This document shows positions 29,920-39,277 of a stretch of 64,000 nucleotides of DNA, piece by piece. The notes beneath the pieces were generated by a model. That model was not told the origin of the DNA. It did not search any database and was given only the letters and a program-made list of their open reading frames with translations. The stretch is from Longimicrobiales bacterium (GTDB lineage: Bacteria > Gemmatimonadota > Gemmatimonadetes > Longimicrobiales > Gaopeijiaceae): assembly GCA_965204735.1 (NCBI GenBank), contig OZ242008.1:3744001-3808000 (forward strand), given 5' to 3'. Made by a program: the position numbers and the translations under genes. The first letter of the stretch is position 1, and every line of letters starts with the position of its first letter.

Positions 29920-32442
29920 CTACGCGGGGGGCGCGCCTCGCGGCGGTCGGGCGCCTTGGGCAGGCGACGGGCTTGCGGGCGACGGGAGTCCCTGGGCTTC
30001 CTCCGCGACGGCGGCCGCAGGCGCCCGCTTCTTGCGGAAGGCGTCGCTCTTCACCACTCCCAGCACGAGGGTCGAGACCTTGTAGCCGTCGGCTTCGGCC
30101 CGACGCGCGATCTCTCGGACGGCGGGCTGGTCGTAGTGCTCGACCCGCCTGCCCAGGGCGTAGGCCATCAGGTTTTCGGTGAAGGTGCGGACCAGGGGAA
30201 GAGGGCGCCGGAGGAGAGCCTGGGCCAGCTCGTCGGGCGTGGCGACGGGCGTGCCGTCGTAGAAGTCGCCCCGGGTGTCCAGGGGCGCGCCGTGCTCCAG
30301 GGAGCGCCACTTGCCGGTGACGTCGAAGTTGTCCAGCGCCAAGCCGATGGGGTCCATGAAGCGGTGGCACGAGTTGCACGCCGGGTTCTCCCGGTGCAGC
30401 TCCATCCGCTCCCGGGTGGTGAGCATCCGGCCTCCCTCGGAGGCGACGGTCTCCTCCAGGTCCGGGATCCCCGGCGGCGGCGGAGGCGGCGGCGTGCCCA
30501 GCAGGACCTCCATGACCCACTTGCCCCGCAGCACCGGCGACGTGCGGTTGGCCAGCGAGGTCAGCACCAGGATGCTCCCGTGGCCCAGAAGGCCGGAGCG
30601 GGGCCCGGCGTCGGGGTAGTCGACCTTGCGGAAGCGGGCGCCGGGCGCCGGCGGGAAGCCGTAGTGGTTGGCCAGCCGCTCGTTGACGAAGGTGTGGCGG
30701 GCGCGGAAGAGGTCCAGCACGCTCCGGTCCTCTTGGACGAGGCTGTTGAAGAACAGCTCCGTCTCCCGGCGCATGTCGCCGGCCAGGTTGTCGTCGAAGT
30801 TGGGGTAGAAGTTGGGGTCCGGGTGGACCTTGGACAGGTCCTGCAGCCGAAGCCACTGGGCGGCGAAGCGGCTGCCCAGGGCCTGGGCGCGGGGGTCGCG
30901 CATCATGCGGACGGCTTGCCGTGCAAGCTCGCTTTCGTCGTGGAGGCCGCCTTGGGCCGCGACTTGCAGAAGCGTCTCGTCGGGCGGCGCGCCCCACAGG
31001 AAGAACGAGAGGCGCGAGGCCAGGTCCTCTCCCGAGAGGAGGTAGTCGGTCCCGGGCGCCACGCCGTCGGGCTGCTTCTCAAGCCGGAAGAGGAAGCGGG
31101 GGCTGGCGAGGAGCGCCTCCAGCGCCGTCCGCACGCCCTCCTCGAAGCCGTGGACGCCGGCGCCAGCCTCGTAGAACGTCATGAGGCCGTCCACGTCGCG
31201 GGCGGCGGCGGGACGGCGGTAGGCCCGGCCGGCGAGTCGCTCGACGATCCGCCGGGCGCAGGGCTCCTCCTCTTCCGGGCTGGTGGGCCGGCAGACGAAG
31301 ACGCGCTTTCGGCTGGGGGACTCGGAGAGGCCGGTGACCGTCAGCGGACCCCCGACGACCAGCTCTCGGAGGTGGGGCAGGGTGGTGATGCCGCTTCCCC
31401 CGGAGCCGCCCCCGGCCATCGACCAGTCGTGGGGCCGGACAAGGTCCTCGTAGGGACCGTCGAAGCGACGCACGAAGGCGGCCGACACCCGCTTCTGCCC
31501 CGCCCGCACGAAGACGGGTTCGGTGCTGATCGGCGCCGCCCCGCGACCGTCCGCGCCTCCGCCCGTGCGCGCGTAGTGAAGCAGTGCGACCCGCTCCCCG
31601 TCCACCGACACGTCCACGTCCTCGAAGCGGGAGTTGGCGCCGGAGGCGAACCCCAGCTTGAAGACGTACTCGCCGTCCGCCGGAAAGACGTGCTCCACCA
31701 CGATGCCGCCCCGCGTTCCGTAGGGCGCTCCCTCGATCCGGTCCCACGAGTGCTGGGACGTGTAGTCCGAGCTCTTGTACGCCCAGTCCACCGAAGGGGC
31801 CGCGCGGTCTCCCACGGCCCGGCGGCTGATCTCGGCGGCGGCGTTCAGGTACGCCTCCACGAGCGTGGGCGACAACGACTGGACGTCGGCGATGTTGTCG
31901 AAGTTGGCGCTCATCTGGTCGGCCGGCAGCCACTCGCCCGCGTCGACCGAGAGGCCCAGCAGATCCTGGATTGCCCGTTCGTACTCGGGGCGGTTCAGGC
32001 GCTGGAAGGTGCGAACGCCCGGGTTGGGACGCTCGGCGGCGGCCGCGTCGAGCACTTCTTCAAGGGTCTCGACCAAGTTCAGCAACGTGTCCCCGGCAGG
32101 TCGGCGGACGCCCGGCGGCGGCATCATCCCGGCGCGGAGCTTCCGCACCATCCGCTCGGCGACCTCGGGCGCCTGGTCGGCGGCGGCCACGTCGAAGTCC
32201 TCCAGAGACAGGTTGCCCACCAGTCGGCGGTCGTTGTGGCAGCGGGCGCACACCCGCTGGACGACCTCGGTTCCCTCGGCGGCCGGGTCGGAGCGGGCGC
32301 CTTCGGGATCGGCGGGCGCGGCGGACCGGTTCCACGCACGATCGGAACGCACGCGCTCGGAAGCCGTGTCCTGTCCCGCGTCCTGTCCCATGGCGACGAG
32401 AAGCACGCCCAGCGCCGCCGCCGGTACAACGAGTTGTTTCAT
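29920..32442 (-). CDS. DUF1587/1592/1588/1585/1595 multidomain protein with CxxCH haem-c motifs
   Basis: CARCH, MMPPPG, RLNRPEY, LASRLSFFLW, TSPVLRGKWV, CNSCH, ALDNFD. Confidence 0.9.
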   Translation of the reverse strand: MKQLVVPAAALGVLLVAMGQDAGQDTASERVRSDRAWNRSAAPADPEGARSDPAAEGTEVVQRVCARCHNDRRLVGNLSLEDFDVAAADQAPEVAERMVRKLRAGMMPPPGVRRPAGDTLLNLVETLEEVLDAAAAERPNPGVRTFQRLNRPEYERAIQDLLGLSVDAGEWLPADQMSANFDNIADVQSLSPTLVEAYLNAAAEISRRAVGDRAAPSVDWAYKSSDYTSQHSWDRIEGAPYGTRGGIVVEHVFPADGEYVFKLGFASGANSRFEDVDVSVDGERVALLHYARTGGGADGRGAAPISTEPVFVRAGQKRVSAAFVRRFDGPYEDLVRPHDWSMAGGGSGGSGITTLPHLRELVVGGPLTVTGLSESPSRKRVFVCRPTSPEEEEPCARRIVERLAGRAYRRPAAARDVDGLMTFYEAGAGVHGFEEGVRTALEALLASPRFLFRLEKQPDGVAPGTDYLLSGEDLASRLSFFLWGAPPDETLLQVAAQGGLHDESELARQAVRMMRDPRAQALGSRFAAQWLRLQDLSKVHPDPNFYPNFDDNLAGDMRRETELFFNSLVQEDRSVLDLFRARHTFVNERLANHYGFPPAPGARFRKVDYPDAGPRSGLLGHGSILVLTSLANRTSPVLRGKWVMEVLLGTPPPPPPPGIPDLEETVASEGGRMLTTRERMELHRENPACNSCHRFMDPIGLALDNFDVTGKWRSLEHGAPLDTRGDFYDGTPVATPDELAQALLRRPLPLVRTFTENLMAYALGRRVEHYDQPAVREIARRAEADGYKVSTLVLGVVKSDAFRKKRAPAAAVAEEAQGLPSPASPSPAQGARPPRGAPPA

Positions 32443-32541
32443 GAAGCGCCCTGCCGACTGTGGCCAAGTCGATCCACAATAGCCGCCGGAAGCCGGGCCG
32501 GGCAAGAAAGCCTTTCCAGCGGAAGGTCCGCCCCTTCTCTG

Positions 32542-33669
32542 CTAGCGAACGATCCGGCGCACCTGAACGACTTCCTCGTCAAGCTCCGTCTCGACCACGA
32601 CGACGGCCAGGGTGTCGCTGCCCCCGAGCAGGTGCGCGTCCCCGTCGATGGAGGCGGTGGCTCGCACGCTGCCGCGGGACGGATCGATCACGACCCACTC
32701 CGTGTCCCCGGTCTCATCTCCGTCCCCGAATTTCTGAAGCCACACGTCGCCTCCGACATGCACCAAGCGCCGAACTGGCGGGGCCGCTGCGGGCAGCTCG
32801 CCAGGCAAGTTGTCGAAGACCAGGCGAATCCTGCTGGCGGCGGGGCCGCTGGCGACCGAAAGCCACTCCTCCCTGCGTTCCTGCAGGAACTCCCGCCGAT
32901 AGCGCTCGAGGCGCCAGGGCAACGACACGACGGAAGTCGTCGCGCCCGCCGCATCCGCCAGACCTCCCAGCAAGAGGACCGGATCGTCGATGGGAACCAA
33001 AAGCCAACGGGAACGGGTCGCGGAAACGTGCGCTTTGCCCAGGAAGCTCATGTCGTAGCCCGTTGCCCCGTTCTCCTGCTGGACGAGGTAGCTGTACCCG
33101 ACATGTCGGCGATCCAGCTTGGTCAGATGTCGGGTGTCGACGTCGAACGCCAAGATGTCCTGCCACACTGCGCGCAGCGACGTTGGATCGGTGAAGCCCG
33201 TTCCGCCCCAGGTGGACAGAACCCAGGTCTTGGCCGACGCGACGCCGGCCAGGGTCGTCCCGACGTCGCCGGGCTTCGGCAAGGCCGCGACCTCGGGCTC
33301 GGCTTCGCCCACCCAAGTCGTGACTCGGTTGAGGAAGGAATCGAATGCCAACACGGTGTCGCCCAGGGAGAACACTCGCCCGATCCCGATGAACTCGCCC
33401 GGACCGTTGCCTTTTCTGCCCCTCGACTCGACGACGTCCCCGGTTGCGGAAACCCGGAGGATGCGGGGCTCCGAGTTGTCGGCGATCCAGAGGCTGCCGT
33501 CGGGCGCGAAGGAGGCGTCTCGGACGTTGTGGAGCCACACGCCGTCGTCCCTTCCCGTCTCGAAGACCGGGCCGTCCGCCAAGCGCCACTGGGCGGCGGT
33601 CGCCGCGCTGGCCTGACCTGCTGCCAAGTGCACGGCAACCGCCGCCGCGACGAACAGCTTGCTCCGCAT
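32542..33669 (-). CDS. Secreted beta-propeller (6-bladed-like) protein
   Basis: Signal peptide; GRKGNGPGEF blade motif; beta-rich. Confidence 0.75.
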   Translation of the reverse strand: MRSKLFVAAAVAVHLAAGQASAATAAQWRLADGPVFETGRDDGVWLHNVRDASFAPDGSLWIADNSEPRILRVSATGDVVESRGRKGNGPGEFIGIGRVFSLGDTVLAFDSFLNRVTTWVGEAEPEVAALPKPGDVGTTLAGVASAKTWVLSTWGGTGFTDPTSLRAVWQDILAFDVDTRHLTKLDRRHVGYSYLVQQENGATGYDMSFLGKAHVSATRSRWLLVPIDDPVLLLGGLADAAGATTSVVSLPWRLERYRREFLQERREEWLSVASGPAASRIRLVFDNLPGELPAAAPPVRRLVHVGGDVWLQKFGDGDETGDTEWVVIDPSRGSVRATASIDGDAHLLGGSDTLAVVVVETELDEEVVQVRRIVR

Positions 33670-33696
33670 CGAGCGTCCTCCCGGTACTGTCGCTAG

Positions 33697-34335
33697 CTAG
33701 GCTGGCGCGTTACAGTAGCACTTGGGTCCCGTCCAGCCGCAACTGCAGCATGCCATGGCTCCGTTGGAGCAGCCGACCGAGCACCCGCGGTCGCCACAGT
33801 CCACCGAGCACTTGTCGGCCCATTGGCCGCCGCTGTCGCAACTGCCGCTCGACGAGGCGCTGGACACCCCCAGCGTCGAATACCATTCTAGCGTAGGCCT
33901 CTCCGGGATGTCCACGCGCCATGCCATGTTGCTCAAGCCGTACCCGAGAATATCCCGGGAGTTCGGAACCCCTGCTTGTTCTTCTAGGGCGAGCGTCATC
34001 TCCTCCGAAGCGGTCTTGATCTCGACGGCTCCGCGCCGCCACTCCACGCTAGCGCCGTCCAGACGCCAGCTGCTGAACTGGCCGGGGTTCTTTTCGGTCG
34101 TCTGGAGCCTGAAGACACGGTCGGCTTGGCCGTTCGTGATGCCCGTTTCGTTCGCCAGGTCGAGGAACGCGAGGTAGTCGGTCCCGGCGCCGTCGTCTGT
34201 GGACGCCGCGATCACGACGACATCTCCCTCTGCGGATCCAGTGGGGGATTCCGGCGGGCAGGTGCGAGACGTCGACGGTCCCAGGAACGCTGTCGTGCCG
34301 GCGACGAGCCATGCGAGGTACTTCGTCCCGATCAT
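33697..34335 (-). CDS. Secreted protein with 10-Cys C-terminal domain
   Basis: GGAGA RBS; hydrophobic N-terminus; tail CDSGGQWADKCSVDCGDRGCSVGCSNGAMACCSCGWTGPKCYC. Confidence 0.72.
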   Translation of the reverse strand: MIGTKYLAWLVAGTTAFLGPSTSRTCPPESPTGSAEGDVVVIAASTDDGAGTDYLAFLDLANETGITNGQADRVFRLQTTEKNPGQFSSWRLDGASVEWRRGAVEIKTASEEMTLALEEQAGVPNSRDILGYGLSNMAWRVDIPERPTLEWYSTLGVSSASSSGSCDSGGQWADKCSVDCGDRGCSVGCSNGAMACCSCGWTGPKCYCNAPA

Positions 34336-34395
34336 AATGATTTCTCCGAATGTGGGAGCGGTCCCGCTCGCTTGTTCGGCGAGACTCCTATCCTG

Positions 34396-34423
34396 ATACC
34401 CGCGATCGACGGCTTGGTTCCCT
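34396..34423 (-). promoter_or_regulatory. Putative ECF sigma promoter AGGGAACC-N15-GGTAT
   Basis: AGGGAACCAAGCCGTCGATCGCGGGTAT on the - strand, 60 nt upstream of ATG 34335. Confidence 0.55.
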
Positions 34424-34558
34424 CCGCCCCGTCTTGGCGCGGCCACAGGAGGCGAATCGCTGGGTTCAGAGCCCAGCCAGTTGCGCCGCGGCCCGCCTCG
34501 CTGTCTAATAAGTGGAACCATGCGGGTGGATCGGACGGAACGCCTTCGGAGGTCGAAG

Positions 34559-35713
34559 ATGAGCAGCAAGCACGCGGTATCGCGACGGAAGTTCATGGGC
34601 GGAGCGGCAACCGCCGTCGGAGCGCTGGGGTTCGCTCCAGGGGGTCTGCAGGGGATGCTGGCCCGCTACGCCCCCGAATCCCGCATCGGACGGCAGGAGG
34701 GCGGCTACGACGCCCTGGCCAAGCTGTCGTCCAACGAGAACCCCTACGGACCGTCGCCGGCGGCCATGAAGGCGATGGAAGCGGCGTGGAAGTACTCCAA
34801 CCGCTACGGCTACCCCGACGGCGACGTGCAGGAAGTCGTCGCCGACCACCTGGGCGTGCCTCGGGACCACGTGCTTCTGACGGCCGGGTCCGAGGAGGTC
34901 CTCAAGGCCGTGGGAATCGCCCTGCTGGGCGCGGACAAGAAGGTGGTGGGCGTGGAGCCGTCGTACGGGTCCGTCTACAACTACGCGACGGGGATCGACG
35001 CGGACGCGATCAAGCTTCCCCTGCTGGACGACCACTCCCAGAACGTCCCGGCGATGATCAAGGCCACCCGCCGGCACCACCGGGAGATCGGCTTCGTCTA
35101 CCTCTGCAACCCCAACAACCCCACGGGCAACGTGGTTCCGGCCAGCGAGGTCCGGTCGCTGCTGGACGCGATACCCGACGACGTGCCCGTGCTGGTGGAC
35201 GAAGCGTACCACCACTTCGTGGAGGACCCCCGCTACGAGAGCGCGGTACCCTACGTGAAAGAGGGGCGGAACGTGATCGTCGCCCGCACCTTCTCCAAGA
35301 TCTACGGGATGGCGGGGATGCGGCTCGGCTTCGCCGTGGCGGCGCCTCCGATGCTCCAGCGGCTGCGCACCTACGCCACGGGCACGATCAACGCCCTGGT
35401 GAAGTGGGGCGGGGCGGCGTCGATCAAGGACGTCGAGACCGAGGCCAAGGTCAGGACGGAGACGCTGCGGCTGCGCAACCGCGCCACGAAGCAGATGACC
35501 GAGTGGGGGTTCGAGGTGATTCCCTCCGAGACCAACTTCTTCATGGTGCGGACCGGGCGTCCCGTGCAGGAAGTTCGCGCCGCGTTCCGCGAGGAGACGG
35601 TGGCCGTGGGCCGGCCCTTCCCGCCGATGCTGGACTGGCTCCGGGTCTCGGTGGGGACCGAAGACGAGATGGACCGCTTCGACGCCGCGTTCAGGAAGAT
35701 CTTCTCGGTCTGA
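34559..35713 (+). CDS. HisC-like class I/II PLP aminotransferase with Tat signal
   Basis: GGAGG RBS; SRRKFMGG twin-arginine; LSSNENPYGP, CNPNNPTG, DEAY, RTFSKIYGMAGMRLG. Confidence 0.9.
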   Translation: MSSKHAVSRRKFMGGAATAVGALGFAPGGLQGMLARYAPESRIGRQEGGYDALAKLSSNENPYGPSPAAMKAMEAAWKYSNRYGYPDGDVQEVVADHLGVPRDHVLLTAGSEEVLKAVGIALLGADKKVVGVEPSYGSVYNYATGIDADAIKLPLLDDHSQNVPAMIKATRRHHREIGFVYLCNPNNPTGNVVPASEVRSLLDAIPDDVPVLVDEAYHHFVEDPRYESAVPYVKEGRNVIVARTFSKIYGMAGMRLGFAVAAPPMLQRLRTYATGTINALVKWGGAASIKDVETEAKVRTETLRLRNRATKQMTEWGFEVIPSETNFFMVRTGRPVQEVRAAFREETVAVGRPFPPMLDWLRVSVGTEDEMDRFDAAFRKIFSV

Positions 35714-35761
35714 CGGCTTCCCCGCGCCGGCGGGGACAGCTAAGACGGCGAGGGCGCCCAC

Positions 35762-38700
35762 GTGGCTGACGGCGCCCAGGCCGTGGACGGCGCCCAGGCC
35801 GCCGAGGCTGCCCAAGCGGCTGACATTGCTCGGGTCGCCGACGTTGCCCAGGCCACGGACGTCGCCCGTCGCCTCTTCGGGATCGAAGGCGAAGCAAAGG
35901 CCCTGCCGGGCGAGTTCGACCGCAACTTCGTGGTGGCCGGGCGGGACGGCCCGGTCGTCCTCAAGCTGAGCCCGGCGTCGCGGCGGCCGATCTTGGAGCT
36001 TGCGGCGGCGTGCCTGGTCCACTTGGCCGGGCCGAGGCTCTCTGCGAAGGTTCCGGGCTTGGCGTCTGGTCGCGGCGCGGCGGCCGACACCGGCGCGGCG
36101 GCCAGCACCGGAGCGGTTCGCGAGGTGGAGCTCGACGGCGCCCCGCACGTCGCTTCCGTCGTCACGTTCGTCGAGGGCGTTCCGCTGGCGACCGTCCGCC
36201 CCAAGAGCATGGCCGTTCTGGAAGCGCTGGGGACGTTGCTGGCGGAGGTCGGACGGGCACTGTCCGATTTCGACCACCCCGGGCTGGACCGGGCGTTCCC
36301 GTGGCGCATGGAGTCGGCCCGGGAGGTGGTTCGCGACCATGCCGCCATGTTGGCGCCCGGTCGGTCGGCGCTGGCGCTGGCGACTCTCGACCGGGCTTGG
36401 CAGCGCCTCGATCCGGTGAAGGACAGCCTTCCCACCGGCCCAATCCACAACGACGCCAACGACTACAACGTCTTGGTGGCGCCGTCGCTGAAGGGCGTCC
36501 GGCTGGCCGGCTTGATCGACTTCGGCGACGTGGCCCGGGGGTGGCGGGTGGCGGACCCTGCCGTGGCAGCGGCCTACACGATGATGGACTTGCCCGACCC
36601 TTTGGAAGCGGCGTGCGCGCTGGCCAAGGGCTACTCGACGGTCGCGCCGCTCGGGGAGAGCGAGTGCCGGGCGCTGCTCCCCATGGCGGCGCTTCGGCTC
36701 TGCCTGTCGGTGTGCATTCAGGCCCGGCAGATGAAGGAGCAGCCCGACAACGAGTACTTGGCGGTCAGCCAGAAGCCGGCGTGGCGGCTGCTGGAGACCT
36801 TGGCAGCGACCGACTGGCGACTCGGCGAGTTCAGGGTGCGCCATGCCTGCGGCTTCGAGCCCAACCCGCGGCGCCAGGCGGTGGCGGCGCGCCTGGGGCG
36901 GCTCGGAGCGGCCTCGAAGCGAGTCGAGGCGGGCCGGCCGGGGCAGCTCGGAGCGCTTGGACCGGGGCGGCTCGGAACGACGCCGCCGACGGAGCCGGTC
37001 GGCCCAGGGTCGCTCTCGTCGGAAGCGTCTCGCCGCGAGCTTCCATTCCCGGTGATGCCACTGGCCGTCCTGGAGCGGCCCCACGTTCTCGATCTGTCGG
37101 TGGAAAGCTTGGAGCTGCCCCACCCCGACGACTTGGCCGCCCCCGGCGCCTTCGAGGCTTGGGTGGAGAAGGAGCTTGCGGCAGCCGGAGCGACCGTCGG
37201 CGTGGGTCGCTACTGCGAGGCTCGCATCCCCTGCGACGCCCCCGGCGAGTCCAGGACGATCCACCTGGGGCTGGACCTCTTCGCCCCCGCCGGCACGCCC
37301 GTAAGCGCGCCCTTGCCGGGAACCGTCGTCTCGGTGGCCGACAACGCTCTTCCGCTCGACTGCGGTCCCACGGTGGTCCTCCGCCACGGCCCCAGCGACG
37401 ACGACTCCGCCGCCGGCAACCCCGACGACGGCTTCCACACCCTGTACGGCCACTTGGACAGGGCCACGCTGGACCACTTGACGCCCGGAGACCAGGTGGC
37501 TGCCGGCGACGTGATCGGCCGGCTTGGCAACGCCCGGGTCAACGGGGGCCGGCCCCCCCACCTTCACCTCCAGGCGATCGCCCTGGACCCGCTTTGCGAC
37601 CCGGACGCGCCGACCGCGCCCGGCAACTTCCCCGGCGTGGCCCTTCCCCGCCTTCGCAAGGTCTGGCAGTCCATCGCGCCCGACCCGTCGGCGCTGGCCG
37701 GCTTCCCCGGGGCCAGGACGCCCGCCGCCGGTCCGACCGCCGACCGCGCCCCGCTGGACGCCCGGCGCGCCTCGGCCGTCCCGGGCGGTGGAGCCGGCAG
37801 CCGCGAAGCCGGCAGGACCGCCGATCCCGAAGCAGCCGCGCAGCGCATCCAGCGGCTCCGCCGGAGGCACCTGCCGCCTTCGCTGAGCCTGTCGTACCGG
37901 CAACCGATCCACGCCGTCCGCGGCCTGGGCTCGTACCTCTTCGACGCAGAAGGACGCCGCTTCCTCGACACCGTCAACAACGTCCCGCACGTGGGGCACT
38001 CCAACCGGCGCGTCGCCGCCGCCGTCGCTCGCCAAGCCCGCGTGCTGGCGACCAACACGCGGTACCTCCACGGCGAGATCGTCGCGCTGGCGGAAGAGCT
38101 GGCGGCCCACTTCCCGGCGCCGCTGGACGTGGTCTTCCTGGTCTGCTCCGGCAGCGAGGCCAACGAGCTGGCCCTGCGCTTGGCCCGCCGCCACACCGGC
38201 GCCGACGGCGTGATCGTCCTCGAGGGCGGGTACCACGGGAACACCGGCGGGCTGGTCGAGATCAGCCCGTACAAGTTCGACGGACCAGGCGGCGACGGTC
38301 GAAGCGAGCGCGTGGCCGTGGCGCCGATGCCCGACCCGTATCGGGGGCGGTTCAGACGGAAACCGGACGCGACCCCGAGCCCAAGCGAGCCCTCGAGTCC
38401 AGCCCGGACTGCCCACGCAGAGGCCGACCGGGAGCTCGGCGAGCGCTACGCCGCGGAAGTGAAGGCGGCGGCCCGGCGGCTGGGACGCCACGGCGTCGCG
38501 GCGTTCGTCGCCGAGCCGATCCTGGGCTGCGGAGGGCAGATCGAGCCTCCCCCCGGCTACTTGGCCGCTGCCTACGAGCACGTCCGCCAAGCCGGGGGCG
38601 TGTGCGTGGCCGACGAAGTGCAGACCGGCTTCGGACGGGTCGGCGACGCCTTCTGGGCCTTCGAGCTGCAGGGAGTCGTGCCCGACGTCGTGACCCTGGG

Positions 38701-39187
38701 CAAGCCGATGGGGAACGGTCACCCCGTCGCCGCGGTGGTCACCACCAAGGAGATCGCCGATTCCTTCGCCAACGGCATGGAGTACTTCAACACCTTCGGC
38801 GGCAACCCGGTGTCTTGCGCCGCCGCCCGCGCGGTCCTGGCCGAGGTTCGCGACCGGGGCTTGCAGGAGTGCGCCCGCAGCACCGGCGACCGGCTCCTGG
38901 GCGAGCTGCGACGACTGGCCGCTCGCTGGCCGGTGGTCGGCGACGCGCGGGGCCGGGGACTCTTCCTGGGCGTGGAGTTCGTTTGCGATCCGGCGACCCG
39001 CGAACCCTTCCCCGAAGCATGCGCCTACGTGGTGAACCGGGCCCGCGAGATGGGGGTTCTCGCCAGCGCCGACGGCCCCGACCGCAACGTCCTCAAGATC
39101 AAGCCCCCGCTGGTCTTCGGCGAAGCGGAAGCGGACCGGCTGGCGGAGACCCTGGAGACGGTGCTGGGGGAGTCGGCGCTGGGCTGA
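35762..39187 (+). CDS. APH-like kinase + M23 peptidase-like + class III aminotransferase fusion
   Basis: IHNDANDYN and IDFGD; HLGLD and HLH; ADEVQTGFGR and TLGKPMGNG. Confidence 0.9.
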   Translation: MADGAQAVDGAQAAEAAQAADIARVADVAQATDVARRLFGIEGEAKALPGEFDRNFVVAGRDGPVVLKLSPASRRPILELAAACLVHLAGPRLSAKVPGLASGRGAAADTGAAASTGAVREVELDGAPHVASVVTFVEGVPLATVRPKSMAVLEALGTLLAEVGRALSDFDHPGLDRAFPWRMESAREVVRDHAAMLAPGRSALALATLDRAWQRLDPVKDSLPTGPIHNDANDYNVLVAPSLKGVRLAGLIDFGDVARGWRVADPAVAAAYTMMDLPDPLEAACALAKGYSTVAPLGESECRALLPMAALRLCLSVCIQARQMKEQPDNEYLAVSQKPAWRLLETLAATDWRLGEFRVRHACGFEPNPRRQAVAARLGRLGAASKRVEAGRPGQLGALGPGRLGTTPPTEPVGPGSLSSEASRRELPFPVMPLAVLERPHVLDLSVESLELPHPDDLAAPGAFEAWVEKELAAAGATVGVGRYCEARIPCDAPGESRTIHLGLDLFAPAGTPVSAPLPGTVVSVADNALPLDCGPTVVLRHGPSDDDSAAGNPDDGFHTLYGHLDRATLDHLTPGDQVAAGDVIGRLGNARVNGGRPPHLHLQAIALDPLCDPDAPTAPGNFPGVALPRLRKVWQSIAPDPSALAGFPGARTPAAGPTADRAPLDARRASAVPGGGAGSREAGRTADPEAAAQRIQRLRRRHLPPSLSLSYRQPIHAVRGLGSYLFDAEGRRFLDTVNNVPHVGHSNRRVAAAVARQARVLATNTRYLHGEIVALAEELAAHFPAPLDVVFLVCSGSEANELALRLARRHTGADGVIVLEGGYHGNTGGLVEISPYKFDGPGGDGRSERVAVAPMPDPYRGRFRRKPDATPSPSEPSSPARTAHAEADRELGERYAAEVKAAARRLGRHGVAAFVAEPILGCGGQIEPPPGYLAAAYEHVRQAGGVCVADEVQTGFGRVGDAFWAFELQGVVPDVVTLGKPMGNGHPVAAVVTTKEIADSFANGMEYFNTFGGNPVSCAAARAVLAEVRDRGLQECARSTGDRLLGELRRLAARWPVVGDARGRGLFLGVEFVCDPATREPFPEACAYVVNRAREMGVLASADGPDRNVLKIKPPLVFGEAEADRLAETLETVLGESALG

Positions 39188-39277
39188 CGCCGCCGCGGGC
39201 ACGGGGCGCTTGCCGCCAGCGTGGGCGACGATGCAGGCCGTCGTCGAGCAGCGAGGCTGGGCCGAGGCGCCGCCCGG

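Noticed and set aside
32269..32276. Additional GGTTCCCT (AGGGAACC) half-site
   Set aside because: Inside a CDS and lacks GGTAT at the proper spacing
28609..33696. Very long antisense or alternate-frame ORFs (also 34505..39202, 19854..23558, 54929..58588)
   Set aside because: Shadow ORFs of real genes in high-GC DNA; no motifs and biased composition
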